64,000 nucleotides of DNA. It comes from Octopus vulgaris (lineage: Eukaryota). Positions 1-14,539 of this stretch are shown one piece after another. How positions within the stretch are numbered: the first letter of the stretch is position 1; each line of letters starts with the position of its first letter. Made by a program: the position numbers and the translations under genes. Below the pieces are notes generated by a model. It had not been told where the DNA came from, made no database searches, and was given only the letters and a program-made list of their open reading frames with translations. The stretch covers positions 23,436,001-23,500,000 of the forward strand of contig OX597821.1 in the NCBI GenBank assembly GCA_951406725.2, given 5' to 3'.

Positions 1-515
1 TCGATTCATTGAAAAGAATTATTCTAAGACTGTCAAGAATGCTTCTGAAAATTCTTTAGTGTGATAAGCCTTTCTGTATAAGCGAATCTGTAGGGACCAC
101 ATATTAAATCAAAAATTTAATATCGAAACAATCGGACTCGGGAAGTGAGGGGAGGATTCAGAGAAAACTAGAGAGGTCGGTATCGGTAAAAGATTAGTTA
201 ATTAAATTAGTAAATTAAAATTATTTCAAATGCTTTGGGAGAGGAGCAGTGAGTTCTAATGTTCTTTGTGTAGCGACGTCTTTATCTAAAGAAGTTGAAG
301 ATAGCAAAACAAAACTAACCAAGTTAGAGCCATATGTTTTAACTTACAGATACGAGGGTTGAAATTTTGGGAGAGGGAGTTAGTCGATTACGTCGAACCC
401 GAAAGGATGACGACCATAGTGGAATTTGAACTCAAGACGTAAAATCAGAAGACGTCCTGAGTTCAAATTCTAATGATGCTGCCAGCTCGCCAATTTGTCA
501 TCACTTATAATAACG

Positions 516-746
516 AAGGCGGCGAGCTGGCAGAATCGTTAGCACGCCGGCCGGAATGCCTAGGGGTATTTCAGCTGCTGTTACGTTCTGAGTTCAAATT
601 CCGCCGAGGTCGACTTTGCCTTTCATCCTTTCGGGGTCGATAAATTAAGTACCAGTTACACACTGGGGTTGATATAATCGACTTAATCCGTTTGTCTGTC
701 CTTGTTTGTCCCCTCTGTGTTTAGCCCCTTGTGGGTAGTAAAGAAA
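516..746 (+). mobile_element. tRNA-derived SINE family B (Meta-like core), tail type 1
   Basis: A-box/B-box-like head (GAGTTCAAATTCC), core GCCTTTCATCCTTTCGGGGTCGATAAATTAAGTACCAG, tail TTTGTCCCCTCTGTGTTTAGCCCCTTGTGGGTAGTAAAGAAA. Many copies in the window. Confidence 0.85.
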
Positions 747-2069
747 CACATATAATAACGAAGTAACATTTGGTGAGGAGTAGTAAACGGCGCACATGGC
801 GTTATTAACTTAATTGATTACTAAATATTCGTTTAATCCAACTGCTAGACTCGTGAAAGATATAAAAACTAAGCCAGTTTTAATATCATTCTCTCCCAAC
901 CTATTCGGTTCGTTCCATATTGCGCCCCACCGGAATTTTTACTTTTAACCCATGTTGCCCTACAAAATAGCTCAAACTGAACATAAGTCCCACCCCACCA
1001 CCACATACACCAAATCTCCCAGCACTTTGTTATTTATTACTCCATTATTTTAAACTGAAAGAAAAAGAATAAAAATAAGGAGGAAAATCGGAACACCTGA
1101 TTATATATGAGTGAGGGGACAAACGAAAGGAGGTTTCACTCGACAAAGTTGGTAAGAGTTTCATATATTTTTAATAAATCCCTCACTTTTCTGATAGGTG
1201 ACAAGATGGGTCCGTCCTATCAGCCCACGAAGTTAAGTCAAATGAAGCATCGAGTCAAACTCCAAATTGCAAGAGAACAACCAACTCACAGCTGCCGAGC
1301 CTGCGGTTAGCTGTCCCTCTTATTTGGACACAAGTTCTATATCCCAGCATTTTTGAGGGGGTGGGGAAGGGGGGGGGGGGGGGGGGTTAGTTGGTATCAT
1401 CAATCCCAGGACCTGGCTGGTACTTATTTTATCGATTCCCAAAAGGTCAAAGGCAAATTTGACCGCAGAAGTAAGGTGTCCCATATATCACGCAAAGGAG
1501 AAGAGTAGTTTCCATCGCCTCACCCTTCATTCTGTTTTTAGTACTCCCTTTACATACTTATCTAAATTCATACAATTCACCCTCTTGAATTATTTTCTTT
1601 ATGCTTTATGAAAATATTTATGCAAATTTTGCTAACCCCAAATTACCACCATTGGATATACGTATGTTTTTATTTTTCCAATTCTCTCTCCAAGACTTAT
1701 CCTATCTTTCAGAAGAAAGCGCGTTTAATCGAAACATTAAACATTCCTTTTTTTTTTTTAACCCAGTTTCCTCGCCGTCAAGCCAAGACAAACTATGTAT
1801 ATAATTCTTACCTCGTTCTTCTATTGTATTTTCGTCACCTTTGCGCTGTACATATTACACATTCACAAAGTACTCAACTGCTCAACAAGTAGCGTGAGCT
1901 ACAACTTTTATCGGTTCATCGAACAGAACATCTTCACAACATAACGGTGACCCCGTTCAACAACTCAGGGTTTTCCGGGCGAGGAGACGCCAGAGGGGAC
2001 AAGAAGCACATTAACTCCTTTGAATCACCTACACGCGCGCGTATTGGACTATACTATTACTATTTACTA

Positions 2070-2427
2070 TTTTTCTTGTTTCAGTCATTTGACTGCGGCC
2101 ATGCTGGAGCACCGCCTTTAGTCGAGCTAATCGACCCCGGGACTTATTCTTTGTAAGCCCAGTACTTATTCTATCAGTCTCTTTTGCCGAACCGCTAAGT
2201 GACGGGGAACGTAAACACACCAGCATCGGTTATCAAGCAATGCTAGGGGGGACAAACACATATATATACGACGGGCTTCTTTCAGTTTCCGTCTACCAAA
2301 TCCACTCACAAGGCATTGGTCGACCCGGGGCTATAGCAGAAGACACTTGCCCAAGATGCCACGCAGTGGGACTGAACCCGGAACCATGCGGTTGGTTAGC
2401 AAGCTACTTACCACACAACCACTCCTG
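2070..2427 (-). mobile_element. tRNA-derived SINE family A (central microsatellite)
   Basis: Near-identical to the copies at 7954, 37986, 49695, 54501, 57960 and 63575. tRNA-like head; tail GGCGGTGCTCCAGCATGGCCGCAGTCAAATGACTGAAACAAG. Confidence 0.9.
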
Positions 2428-2599
2428 AATTAATTAAAATGGGGACGAAAAATGGCTTTACCCTCAGGCGCCGAGAACCCTTGTTTCGTAACAGTATGCA
2501 CACACGCTATATATATATACACACACACACACAAAAACATACTCAAGTATACGATATATTTTCATATACACGAATATAAATACCTACATTATATATGGA

Positions 2600-2660
<61 letters not shown>

Positions 2661-3366
2661 CAATGTGACAGCTGGTGAGTGTGTGTTATGTTGAGGTTGA
2701 GAGAAGACAAGGCTAGCCACTAGTTTCATTGTTAGCAACAGATTGTGTCCTTTTCAGGCTGTTTACTCACGGCTGCTATATATTTCTGGACGCGCACACA
2801 CACACTTGCATATGCGGATACACACACACGCATATGTGATATATATATATATATATAATGTATGGAAAATTCAAACTGTATTTAACCGTTGTTACAATAT
2901 TAGGCGCACACACACACATGAAATACATGTATATCAATAACTTTTCAAATGTCTTTGTTCATGTGCGCCTAAAAAAAAAAAAAATACTTGACAGATGGTC
3001 TCGTTATAACTGTTTCTGATAGAGAGATAAGTGTATGTACGTGAATGTGTTCTCTCCAGTTAACAGATATTTGTCAAATACCACATTAATAAACCAGCTT
3101 AGCCAGCCAACTCGTCACTCTGTGAACCTGTCAACCACGTGGGTGAATGTATATCCGAGATCAAATCCTGGCCGGCGTCAAGATAATGAAATAAAATACA
3201 TACTAGTCAAATATCGAGTAATATTACAGTTATTACTACTGTTCCCAACACAGTTAGGACCCTATGCCAGGAGAGGGTTTTGAAATAGAGATGCCCCAAT
3301 TATCACGTAATGGAAAAGAGTAGTTTCCATCGCCCCACAGTTCATTTTGCTTTTTGTACTCCCGTG

Positions 3367-3972
3367 GGATCTTTTCCTTTTGAACGGCACTTTGTAACAT
3401 AATTTCTAGGTAACTAAAAAGTTTTAAACTTCGTATTCTGGTAGAATGTGTTTATAAAACGTCATTTTCTCTTGGTTTTATTGAGAAAATTCTATAGTTT
3501 GTAAGATATTTCGTCTGAAATTTCGAGCATTTCGGCAATTTTAACCAATCGATTACCTCCATTGAGCTAAAATCATTTGCTGCGTCTAAAACTGAGACAA
3601 CATCCTCTCACTAACCTTAAACCTAACCCTAAGTTTTTTTTCTTAATTGTTAAATTAATTTAATTGTTACGCGTGTAAAAAAAACGGAAGCAATGGAAAA
3701 TAATTTAAACAATTAACAAATAAAATAATTCTATAATTTTATACACAAATTTAGGGTTAGGGTTAGTGACAGGATGTTGTCTCAGTTTAAGACGCAGCAA
3801 ATGATTTTAGCTCAATTAGAGGCGATTCATTGGTTAAAATTCGAAAAATTACAATTTTCTCAAGATAGCCAAGAGAGAAAAAATGTTTTATTTTGACACA
3901 TTCTACCAGTATACGAAGTTTTAAAGTGTTTAGTTAACTAGAAATTGTGTGCCGTTCAAAAGGAAAAGATCC
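3367..3972. mobile_element. Palindromic MITE, Merlin-type termini
   Basis: Long imperfect TIRs GGATCTTTTCCTTTTGAACGGCAC...GTGCCGTTCAAAAGGAAAAGATCC with a perfect 8-bp TSD CTCCCGTG (3359-3366 and 3973-3980). Confidence 0.85.
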
Positions 3973-5039
3973 CTCCCGTGTTTCATACAACGGAAATGCT
4001 TTCTTAAGATGTAATGAGACTTCGAGGGACAATTCCCAACCCCACCTCTGTGTGTGCGTGTGTGCATAGATGTATGTATGTATGTGTGTGTGTGTGTGTG
4101 TATGTTTATATCAAGTTATAATAAAAACAATTAAACTTGATTTAAGCTTATCCAAACACTCAGTTTTCGGCGGCAACTTATGTGTGTTAAGCTTTATCAT
4201 AACTTTGACAGGAGCGCCCATCAATTTTCACCAACCCACTCCACTTCCTTTTCAGACCCTCCTTTAACCGACTAGGTAGTGACTTTAAAGGAGGGCAAGA
4301 CAGGAGCGGTTCAAAATACAGGCTACCACCCGCTTCAAACGAGGAATAAACGAACTTAAAGACTCAGTCTTCGGTGGTATATGTCTTAATAGTCCGTGAT
4401 TATGATAAGCACGACGCCAGAAAATCGTGTCTGGTAATATCGATTTAAATTATCCCAATCTATGACTTGTGCCTAGTTTATCGACCCCGGAAGTAAAGCA
4501 AAACTGGGTTGACTAAATAAGGATTTGAACTTAGGTTGTAACGAGAAATACAGCAAGACATTTTGTTCGACACATTACTCGAGTGCTCCATTTTACTGGA
4601 CCCAGAAGGAAAGAAAAACCGAAAGACGGATACGGTGTGATTTGAAATTACAATGTCGAAGTAAGCAACTAACTACATACTAGACAACAAGTCGATGTTA
4701 GTTCGTTGTTTTACGTACCGACAGTAGAACCAGAATGGGGGGCATATTTAAATGAAGTCTGGAGAAAAATTGTGTGTGCGTGTTTGGATCGAGACTGGTT
4801 AGATTTGAAACCCGAATGCCAAGGGACGTAACTAAATATCACAAGTATGCAACACAACACAATGAGACATAGAGAAAGGTGGGGGGGGGGGGTCTGAGTG
4901 CACCTTGTGTGGAGGATAAAATTGATACAGAAGAAAGAAAATCCGATCTGTATATACACCGCTGACATATATATAAGCTTGTCAGAGAGTTTATTAGACA
5001 TATGCTTCGTCAGGAAACAGTCGAGATAACTAATCTGTC

Positions 5040-5117
<78 letters not shown>

Positions 5118-5935
5118 AAGCAAATATAAGTCTTCTGAGTGAAATATATATTACACACACACACACATACGATATGAGTAGTACGCACTCAACGATGCTC
5201 ATTTTACACGTGTCTTTGTGAAGCGGATGTGTGAGCATGTGTATACACACACACAGTTATGCATAACAAGATAAAAACAGCAAATGAATATTTAAATCTA
5301 AACACACACACAAACAGAGGTCTTCTTACAGTCAACATCACATGTTTATAACATAAACCAAGCATGCTTTAGAAAACAACAACAACAAGAAAAAAAAACG
5401 TAATATGACAAAGAGTATGATTATATATAGCAAGAAATGACGGGCATTACCATCGAAACACGCACGCGCGAGCACACACACACACACACGTGCGTACTTT
5501 CACACATACGCACTATTACACACGTGTACTCACTTAAGACGTGAGTGACAGGCGCGAATCAATACTGGCAGCCACACCGCACGCAACACATATTTGAAGC
5601 ATGTGGACACACATACACAGATAGAGAGAGAGAGAGCGGGTTGTGTGCATGTCTGTGCGTGTACGATCAATACAGCAACACAGAGGAGGAGGAGGAGGCG
5701 TATACTGGCAAGACAAAGAAAAACGTGTATAGATTATGTGTATAAATATAATTTTAATCGAGAGAAGTTATAAAGCAAGGGTCGGAAGGGGGGGGGGGCT
5801 TTGTAGATGACATTTTTGTAAGTGGCGTACAAATATCTCGGCCCTCGAGTCAATTTTTTAATATATATATATATTAACCCTAACCCTAAATGGCGGTGCC
5901 CCAGCATGGCCACAGCTCGTGAGCTGAAACTAGAT

Positions 5936-5967
<32 letters not shown>

Positions 5968-5971
5968 TAGT

Positions 5972-6278
5972 TGCAGGCGTGGCTGCGTGGTAAGAAGTTT
6001 GCTTCTCAACTACACGGTTCCGGGTTCAGTCCCACTGCGTGGCACCATGGCCTCAGGAAGACCGATTTGGTAGACGGAAACTGAAAGAAGCCTATCCTGT
6101 CCTGTGTGTGTGTGTGCGCGCGCCTTTTCTCCCCCATCACCGTTCGACAACCAGTGTTGGTGTGTTTATGTCCTCGTAACTTAACGGCAAAAGCAGACTG
6201 ATAGAATAAGTGCTAGTCTTAAAAAAAAAAAAAGTCCTGGGGTTGATGTGTTCGCAGTCAAATGACTGAAACAAAAAG
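5972..6278 (+). mobile_element. SINE family A, internally deleted
   Basis: Head TGCAGGCGTGGCTGCGTGGTAAGAAG and tail CAGTCAAATGACTGAAAC match family A. Confidence 0.8.
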
Positions 6279-6949
6279 GAACGTGTGTAGATTATGTGTA
6301 TAAATATATATACATGCATTCATTTAATAGACTTCATTATAAGAATACACGCAAACAAATTATTATATATAACAACTCTCTCTCTCTATTACGACACATA
6401 CAAACAACCATACCATTATACACTTGTCCGTCCACACGCACAGTAGATACATTCATACCGGGTCAGTAGATTGACATATGCATAGTCAGGCATAAACACA
6501 TACATACACAACACGCTAACAAAGGTTAAAGCAGATGTATTACTCCACAGACGTGACAGATATACACACATTGTGTGTGTGTGTATGAACACACATGTGT
6601 GTAGCAGCACAAAGGACGTCAAATTTATGAAACTAAATCCGCAAACACTTAACTGACAATTACATATATTAAAAACAAAATGTGTTTTTTTACTAGTTTC
6701 AGTCATTGGACTACGACTAAGCTGGGACACCAATGGTTTGATCAGTAAGATCGATCTGCTAGTACTTAGATTTTCAATCTTATCGAACCGACATGAAACA
6801 AGGCCTGGATGCGGCACAAACAAACAACGCTGATTTTTACACCATGAACACACACACATGTACACATTCAAACGCACACGGCCTTACGACTGAAACGTAT
6901 AAAATAATATATAGGAAAAAATACGGAGAACTTAGAACGCATATATATA

Positions 6950-7155
6950 TTTCTTTACTACCCACAAGGGGCTAAACACAGAGGGGACAAACAAGGACAA
7001 ACAAACGGATGAAGTCGATTACATCGACCCCAGTGCGTAACTGGTACTTTATTTATCGACCCCAAAAGGATGAAAGGCAAAGTCGACCTCGGCGGAATTT
7101 GAACTCAGAACGTAACGGCAGACGAAATACGCCCGGCGTGCTAACGTTTCTGCCG
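6950..7155 (-). mobile_element. SINE family B
   Basis: Reverse complement of the 516-746 element. Confidence 0.85.
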
Positions 7156-7953
7156 TATACAGATAGGCCCGTACACATATTTAAGACCAGTTCACATATC
7201 AAAACACTCATGTTTTCGTAAACATTCATGACATACGCTCACATTACATATTCGGCGAACTGCAAGAAACACTTCTGAACAAAATCAGGCTGTATAAGTG
7301 AAAACTAATATCATATAGTTATAGTCTATCTTCGGACACATTGTCCTGATGAGAGCCAACACTTCATAACATTTAAGGGCGATGCGATACGTTCATCGCC
7401 GGAAAGGCAAAGGAGAATCAAATGTTTACATGTGCTGCAATACAAACCAGATACAAAACAAGAACAGACGAAATATCAAGTGTCAAACACCTATTTCACT
7501 ATCTTCTTTTGCTCGGCTCAAACCCTTCAGTTTGACCAGATCAAGAACACAAATATTTTCAATTTATGCAAATAATAATAATAATAAAAATAAAAATAAA
7601 TACAAATATAAAAACTGATATATTCAAATCGTTGAAATCAACATTTAAATCGGATTTTAAAATAAATATGGAAATGAGCAGTTTATAGCGATTGTATATA
7701 AATACTTGGTAGTTTGATACACCCAGCGACATAGATATTACGATATGCGAACACAAGTAACAAAGACGCTTGCTGCCATACGTAATGAGACGAGACATAG
7801 AGGAAGCTAACACACAAAAACACCGAAGCTTGGTTTGTGTGAGAGTACATGTGTATTGGATTCTCTTTTCATTGGTCATTGAACTTTCTGAAATGAAACT
7901 TAGTATTTTACGTGTTGTTTGACACAAAAAGAAAGACACTTTAGCACACACTA

Positions 7954-8340
7954 TATTCTCTTTACTCTTTTACTTGTTTCAGTCATTTGACTGCGGCCAT
8001 GCTGGAGCACCGCCTTTAGTCGAGCAAATCGACCCCGGGACTTATTCTTTTTGTAAGCCCAGTACTTATTCTATCGGTCTCCTTTTGCCGAACCGCTAAG
8101 TAACGGGGACATAAACACACCAGCATCGGTTGTCAAGTAAACACAGACACACAAACACACACACATACATATATACGACAGGCTTCTTTCAGTTTCCGTC
8201 TACCAAATCCACTCACAAAGGCATTGGTCGGCCCGGGGCTATAGCAGAAGACACTTGCCCAAGATGCCACGCAGTGGGACTGAACCCGGAACCATGTGGT
8301 TGGTTAGCAAGCTACTTACCACACAGCCACTCCTGCGCCT
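7954..8340 (-). mobile_element. SINE family A
   Basis: Full-length copy, near-identical to 2070-2427. Confidence 0.9.
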
Positions 8341-8839
8341 ATATTATAAATTTAAAAACAATTTTAACTGAAATTTTGACACTCAGTCTAGAGACATCAT
8401 ATGACTTGCATTTGAAGATCTTTCGTTTTATGTACATAAAATGGTGAAGAACAAGGTGAAAGGAAGACGACTGCCAAACCATTTACATGGTAAACCAGTT
8501 TTCATTTTGAAGGGATTTCCGGAGATTCACGCATGACCTAATATTAACTTGATACTCCGTATCTCGTCAATCGTGTCCATTTGTGACGTTGCAATAATAG
8601 TTTGGCTGTAGATCTCTCTTCACTTCATTGTTCACTATACATGTACATATCAAGATTCTAGGTATCAACTGAACAACGCAGATTCGCTTCAGTCAGTCAG
8701 TGAATGATCTGTTTATGAATTACTTCGTCAAACACGGTATGGTTAGCTTATGATTTGCGGACGAGGTCAGAAAGATAGAAAAACATATTGAATTGTGCAG
8801 TTTCCTCCTCCCCAGCATTTAAATGTTCCATTACATTGG

Positions 8840-9265
8840 CTTCAAATTTTGGTACAAGGCCAGCAATTTCGGGAGCGGAGTAATTGAAAGTTAGTGCTCA
8901 ACTTAGTTTTATCGATCCTGAAAGGATGAAAAATCAAAGTCGACCACGGCAGAATCTGAACTCAGAACGTAGAGATGGACAAAATGCTTAGCGGCATTTC
9001 GTCCGACGTGCTAACGATTCTGCCAACTTATGATCCGCCTTATGATCCATATATATTCGTGTCAAATTTTAGCACAAGGCCAGCAAATTTGGGAAAGGAA
9101 TTAAGTCAATTACATCGACCCCAGTGATGAACTGGTACTTATTTTATCGACCTCGAAAGGGAGAATGGCAAAGTCGACCTCGAATGAATTTGAACTCATA
9201 ACGTAAAAACGAAATGCCGCTGAGCAGTTTTTGCCCGGCATGCTAACGATTCTGGCAGCTCGCTG
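8840..9265 (-). mobile_element. Two diverged SINE family B copies (tail type 2) in tandem
   Basis: The block CACAAGGCCAGCAA...ATCGA..GAAAGG...GTCGACC...GAACTCA..ACGT...GCTAACGATTCTG occurs twice. Confidence 0.75.
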
Positions 9266-11386
9266 TCAGAAGGTTCCATATATATTGACACTAACTTTGA
9301 GTCTGACTGGCTCTAGATTTAAAGCTGAGGACTTCAAATACATACAACTGAAAATATTCTGGGTGGATGGAGGTTGTCAACGGAAGAACATGGAGAAACT
9401 AAATAGGTTATTTACTTTAATCATAATACGGTTATTTTTATAGTGTTTAATATAATTACATATGTATGTACACAGATTTACATGCTATATGCCTTATTCC
9501 TCTAATTTAAACCATTGAAAATTATCTAAGGAGCTTCTAATGATTTCGCCACCGGCCAGAAAAAAGGTCACGTTTGGCGACTAGTCCTACACGTTCATAA
9601 AACGGGATGAAAGAGGATTAACTGATGGCTTTGTTTTAAAATTCACGTTTTCTCTATATACAATCAAGAGTAAGGGACGAATAGTCACTGGTAAACCTAT
9701 TTTTGACATTGACAGCAATGCGAATTTCAGTAGACCTCATAGAGTCAAAGGTCTTCCTCATTCACCCACACCATCAAGGAGGAGTAGACACCGCAATAAG
9801 TATAAAAGATCGATCCACGCTGAGTTGATGTCAACATGTTTAAAACGTCATATGGACTTCATCATACTGTTGTAAAAAATCCCAGGTAAACTTTACACCA
9901 CCGCAAGCAACACACGAAGTCAGAGACATTGAACCTTCCCCTTATTCTAATGCTGGTAACCATATCAAGGTCACAGTAAAGTGGCCGAAACTCACTCATG
10001 AAAGTAAAAAAAAAAAAACTACTTTTCTCTACCCTTGGTGCGTCTTAGCAAGCATTATAGGCCACAGGGCTAATCAATGCTCTGCGCCCGTTTACTTATT
10101 GACAGCAAGCCACAAGACCAGTGAAGCAACTGTCCAGTTTGCCCCCGTCTTCAGACGGCACTACGCGCGTGTGTATATTTAGCCTTGTCAAACAAACATT
10201 CTGTCATCATAAAGAAACCCAGGAGGTGGTAGGAAATTTATTACTATTATTTTAATTACTGGAGTAATGTATTTATCAACCTCGACAGTACTGAATACTT
10301 TCGAGTGTGTATGTATGTATGTATATATATGTGGCCAACCGGTAAGACAAAGCCAGTCGCTTACATATATATATACACACATTCATAAAGGAGACAAAGC
10401 AGGTCCTGTTTTTTTTTTTAATTTCTTTTGTTTTAAATTTCCGTTTTTTGTTTTTAGGAAACAAGTGCAACGGGTGAATTAAAGAAAGAATAGGTGGAAT
10501 TCGTGCCCGAAGTCAAGGTACACGCGTTCAAACCACAGTTGGAACTGTGTAACAATAACGTCAGAAGCAACAATTGCTAAATATGTTCGGCCTAGACAAA
10601 GGTTTTCGGTGATGACTGCTGACGATGAGAGATGTGTTGACTGCTGCTGCTGACGTTGGAGTTGGTGTTGTTATGGTGAGGGTGGCGGAGGCGGCGGTGC
10701 CTTGTGATAGTGCTGATGTTGTTTATTGTTGATATTTTGTTATCGCATGGCGGTGAAGGAGACGGGAGTTATATTTAGTTTGCGAGGGAGAGAGTAGAGA
10801 GTGAGAGAGAGAGAGGAGCAGTACACTGCGCGTGTGAGTGCGTATATTAATGCATTTAAAGGCAATCAATGTACAGAAGAATATGTGTGTAAAATATAGA
10901 TTATATTCAGCTAGCTGTATGTGTGTAAACTGTGTATGCGCGAAGACAAAGAAAATTCGAATAAGACTGTATTCACGTAATGTGTGCGTATATATATACA
11001 TTTGTATATAATTATATATTGCATGCATACACGCATTACATAAATGTGCACATATATTATACATGCACACACATTCAAGACTTATGAATCAGGGTTAGGA
11101 AATTTGACCACGCGCTCACACACGCATCATTGATGTTAACCTAAATTAATGAATTTCAAAAATAATTTTTTTTAATATTTACACATAAACCGTTTATATT
11201 AACCTATATTGTTAATGAATTTTAAATAAACACACGCGCGCGCGAATGTGTGTGTCTGTGTGCTTAGATGGATGGATGGATGGATGGAGAGGCAAATATT
11301 ACACAGGTAAAAACTACACACACGCATCGACATTGAAACCAAGATCAAGTTACAACACCGCGAAATGTCAAGTCCATTGATGCTAG

Positions 11387-11420
<34 letters not shown>

Positions 11421-13116
11421 CACTACGAACCAACAGAAGCAGTCGGTAAGGCTGTCGCTCAACCAGCTAGAAATAGCAGCCATACCATCACTCTCAAATA
11501 CCACCTTTAATGTCTTGCTTGAAGAAGCAATAAATAATAGTCCTAGAAAATAAAGTTGTGGAGGGTCACGGCCGGAAAGCCTTTGATCAAATATCTACTC
11601 ACTATTAGCCTTCAGCACAAAACACCATAACAATGAGCAAAAGACGAATAAACACTATATCATTCTGATACTAGAGATAAGTACTAAAGGAGAGTGGGGG
11701 GGTGTACCGAATCAGCAGTGATGGTCATGGCCGTAATAGTATCAGCGTTGGCGGAGTCGTGTGGTGGTTATTAAATGTGCCGATAGAGAGACAAGTAGAA
11801 CAGAATACTAGTGAGGAGGTGGGGTAACTGGTCGTAAGTTAATGAAGAAGGTGAGATAAACAAAGGCAATGGAAGGTTGCCCAAGCTGGTGCACTACAGG
11901 TTTACCCAATGACAACAGCTGTATTAGAAAGAGAGAGAATGGGGGGTGGGGATCACCCAAGAATGACAGCTGTGAAAAACACAGAGAGAGAGAGAGAAAG
12001 TGTGATTGGGTGGGGGGTTACCCAAGGACAACCATAACTATTAAGCATCAACATGAACAACAAATAATGTGTCATTGTTTAACTGACTAATCACACACGA
12101 ATATATCTATATCTATATATATATATATATACACACACACGTGAACGTCAGTCTGTGGTTGGTGATTAACGTTAAATTTAAGAGATTCAAGGGCGCGCGC
12201 GCACACACACACACATATATATAATATATATATACACACACAAGCTAAAGTCAAGACGTGTTATTACTAACAGCGAGGTCCATTAAAACATACACTATAT
12301 ATCCATGTGGTCTTCAGTTTATTATCGATATATATACATAGTATATATATATATCCCGGATGAGGTTTTTATTGTTAAACGTTCTCCCCCCCTCCCTCTA
12401 CATATCTATACATGTGTGTGTGTAAGCGTATGATATGATTATCAACATTAAAGACAAAGAAATACCTGTTAAATATATATCCTATCACACACTATTGTTC
12501 GCCCCCTATCAGCACATACACGTGTAAGTCTATACATGACACAAGGTCATGTATGTGCGTACACGTTTATATAACCTTAGTGCGTGTGTGTGTATATGTG
12601 AGCAGAAATAGCTACATGTGTGTTTGTGTACGAAGAGGATGTCTTCAAATCTATCAACAAAATGTCAAAATTCCAACTTAAGAAGCATGTATACACACAT
12701 GCATTATATAAAGGCACAGGCGATAAACAAAGCCACACAAAATTAGAACTTGCTGTTATTCACATATACTTATTCATACATACACAACACCACACATAAA
12801 CACACATGCGTGTATTTATATATATATATATATATATATGCACATACACACACACACTTACAGCATCGACACGCAAAAGCTCTTACAATAATCAGCACAT
12901 TAATTCAGATTTTATATCTATCTATCAATCTATCTATCTACATATGTATTATAAAACACTGAATATTCATATAAAACAACAAGCACGTTTATACACTCGT
13001 CAGAGCCTTACAGTTGAAGAACAAAATACGGATGTAAAATTTCAAATGATAACGAAAAAATATAAGAGAAAAATACCAGCATGTGCTATATACATGTGTG
13101 CGAACACACACATATA

Positions 13117-13162
<46 letters not shown>

Positions 13163-13763
13163 CGGTGTTTGTGTACATCTAAGTGCCAAGTAGAAAGCCT
13201 TAGCTATGACAATTACCATCACGAAACCAGAACTGTCTATACACATGTTGCAATCTGCCTTGAGCTAAACCACGTGCTCGCAGTGTAGACATTTCACACA
13301 CGTTCATTTGCTTTACTCTTTTCTTCGCCAGCTCTAACATAAAAACAATCGTATATACACCACTTCATACAGTGTATATATATATATATGATTGATAGAT
13401 AGATAGCTATTAGACACATATGCATGAATAAACGCATGCGGGTGTTCAAATCGAAGTGGCACAGACGGGAGAAAAAAGAAACAAAGGCTTTCCTTGTCAA
13501 TTACAAATTTTCATACACATTGTTAACATTAATGCAATATATCAAATACACACGTGCGTATGAAACTATATACGCATGTGGATGGATGTATATACGTGTG
13601 TAAGACTTAGGACGGGGGATATTAAGAATCTACTAAAAACTCTTTTTATGAAAAAATAAATATCAAGAATAAATTTATATATACAATCATATATCATATG
13701 TATAAACATAACACGTATATATATGTGTGTGTATAATAATCACGTTTATCTCATCACAAATTA

Positions 13764-13861
13764 TTATTCACTTACATAATACAAACTACAAACACATATT
13801 ATTCACTTACATAATACAAACTACAATTATTCACTTACATAATACAAACTACAAACACATA
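13764..13861. repeat. Minisatellite, 35-bp unit x3 (middle unit shortened)
   Basis: TTATTCACTTACATAATACAAACTACAA(ACACATA) repeated three times. Confidence 0.9.
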
Positions 13862-14472
13862 TGACAAATTATATATTTATGCGAATATATATAACTTTTA
13901 CATAAGTAATTATCTATGATTTTAAGTAAACAAATATAATATATGACTAAATTTTAAAACTCCCTCCAAAAATATATATTATATACACGCACCATATTTA
14001 AAATTTTAAACTTTTCTTTCACTTCTGACATGTGGTAGCGAAGAATGACAAATCTACACATTATCAGAGACATGTCTTTATATATATACATACACACGTG
14101 TATAGAGTGTATATATATATAGGAAATACATGTAATTTCCGATCAAAGACCACACAAAATTTGACACACGTGTGTATAATATAGAGATTTTTTTTCTACT
14201 TGGCGGGGGGAACGTATGTAGGTGTGCGTGTGGCTAAAGAAAATTGTATTAAATTAAAATATATGTTTATACATGTGTCCATAATATATAGCTTCATCTA
14301 AACACACATGGAACAAAAAAAAAATTAACCATCTCATACAACATGAAACACATATGTAAGTATATATATATATATACGCACGTGTTGTGTGTGTGTGTGT
14401 ATGTATGTATGTGTATATATATATATATATACGGAAAATATAGCTAGATAATTTTTGTTTTTTTCTTCTTAC

Positions 14473-14539
14473 CTTGACAAGGAATTTGGTATTGAAGTGA
14501 TAGCAAAGCTAAAATAGCGCTTTGCTCGTCTTTATCCAT
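14473..14539 (-). CDS. Putative first coding exon of an unidentified host gene (MDKDEQSAILALLSLQYQIPCQ, phase-1 donor)
   Basis: Minus strand reads aacaaaATGG (invertebrate Kozak-like), 22 open codons plus 1 nt, then a consensus donor AAG|GTAAGA. It sits in unique, TE-poor sequence. No downstream coding exon was identified in the window. Confidence 0.6.

Noticed and set aside
7340-7410. CTGATGA followed by a hairpin and GGAAA
   Set aside because: No stem II closing pair next to GAAA and no stem I or III, so not a hammerhead.
13764-13861. CRISPR-like repeat array
   Set aside because: The units abut with no unique spacers and the context is eukaryotic; it is a simple minisatellite.
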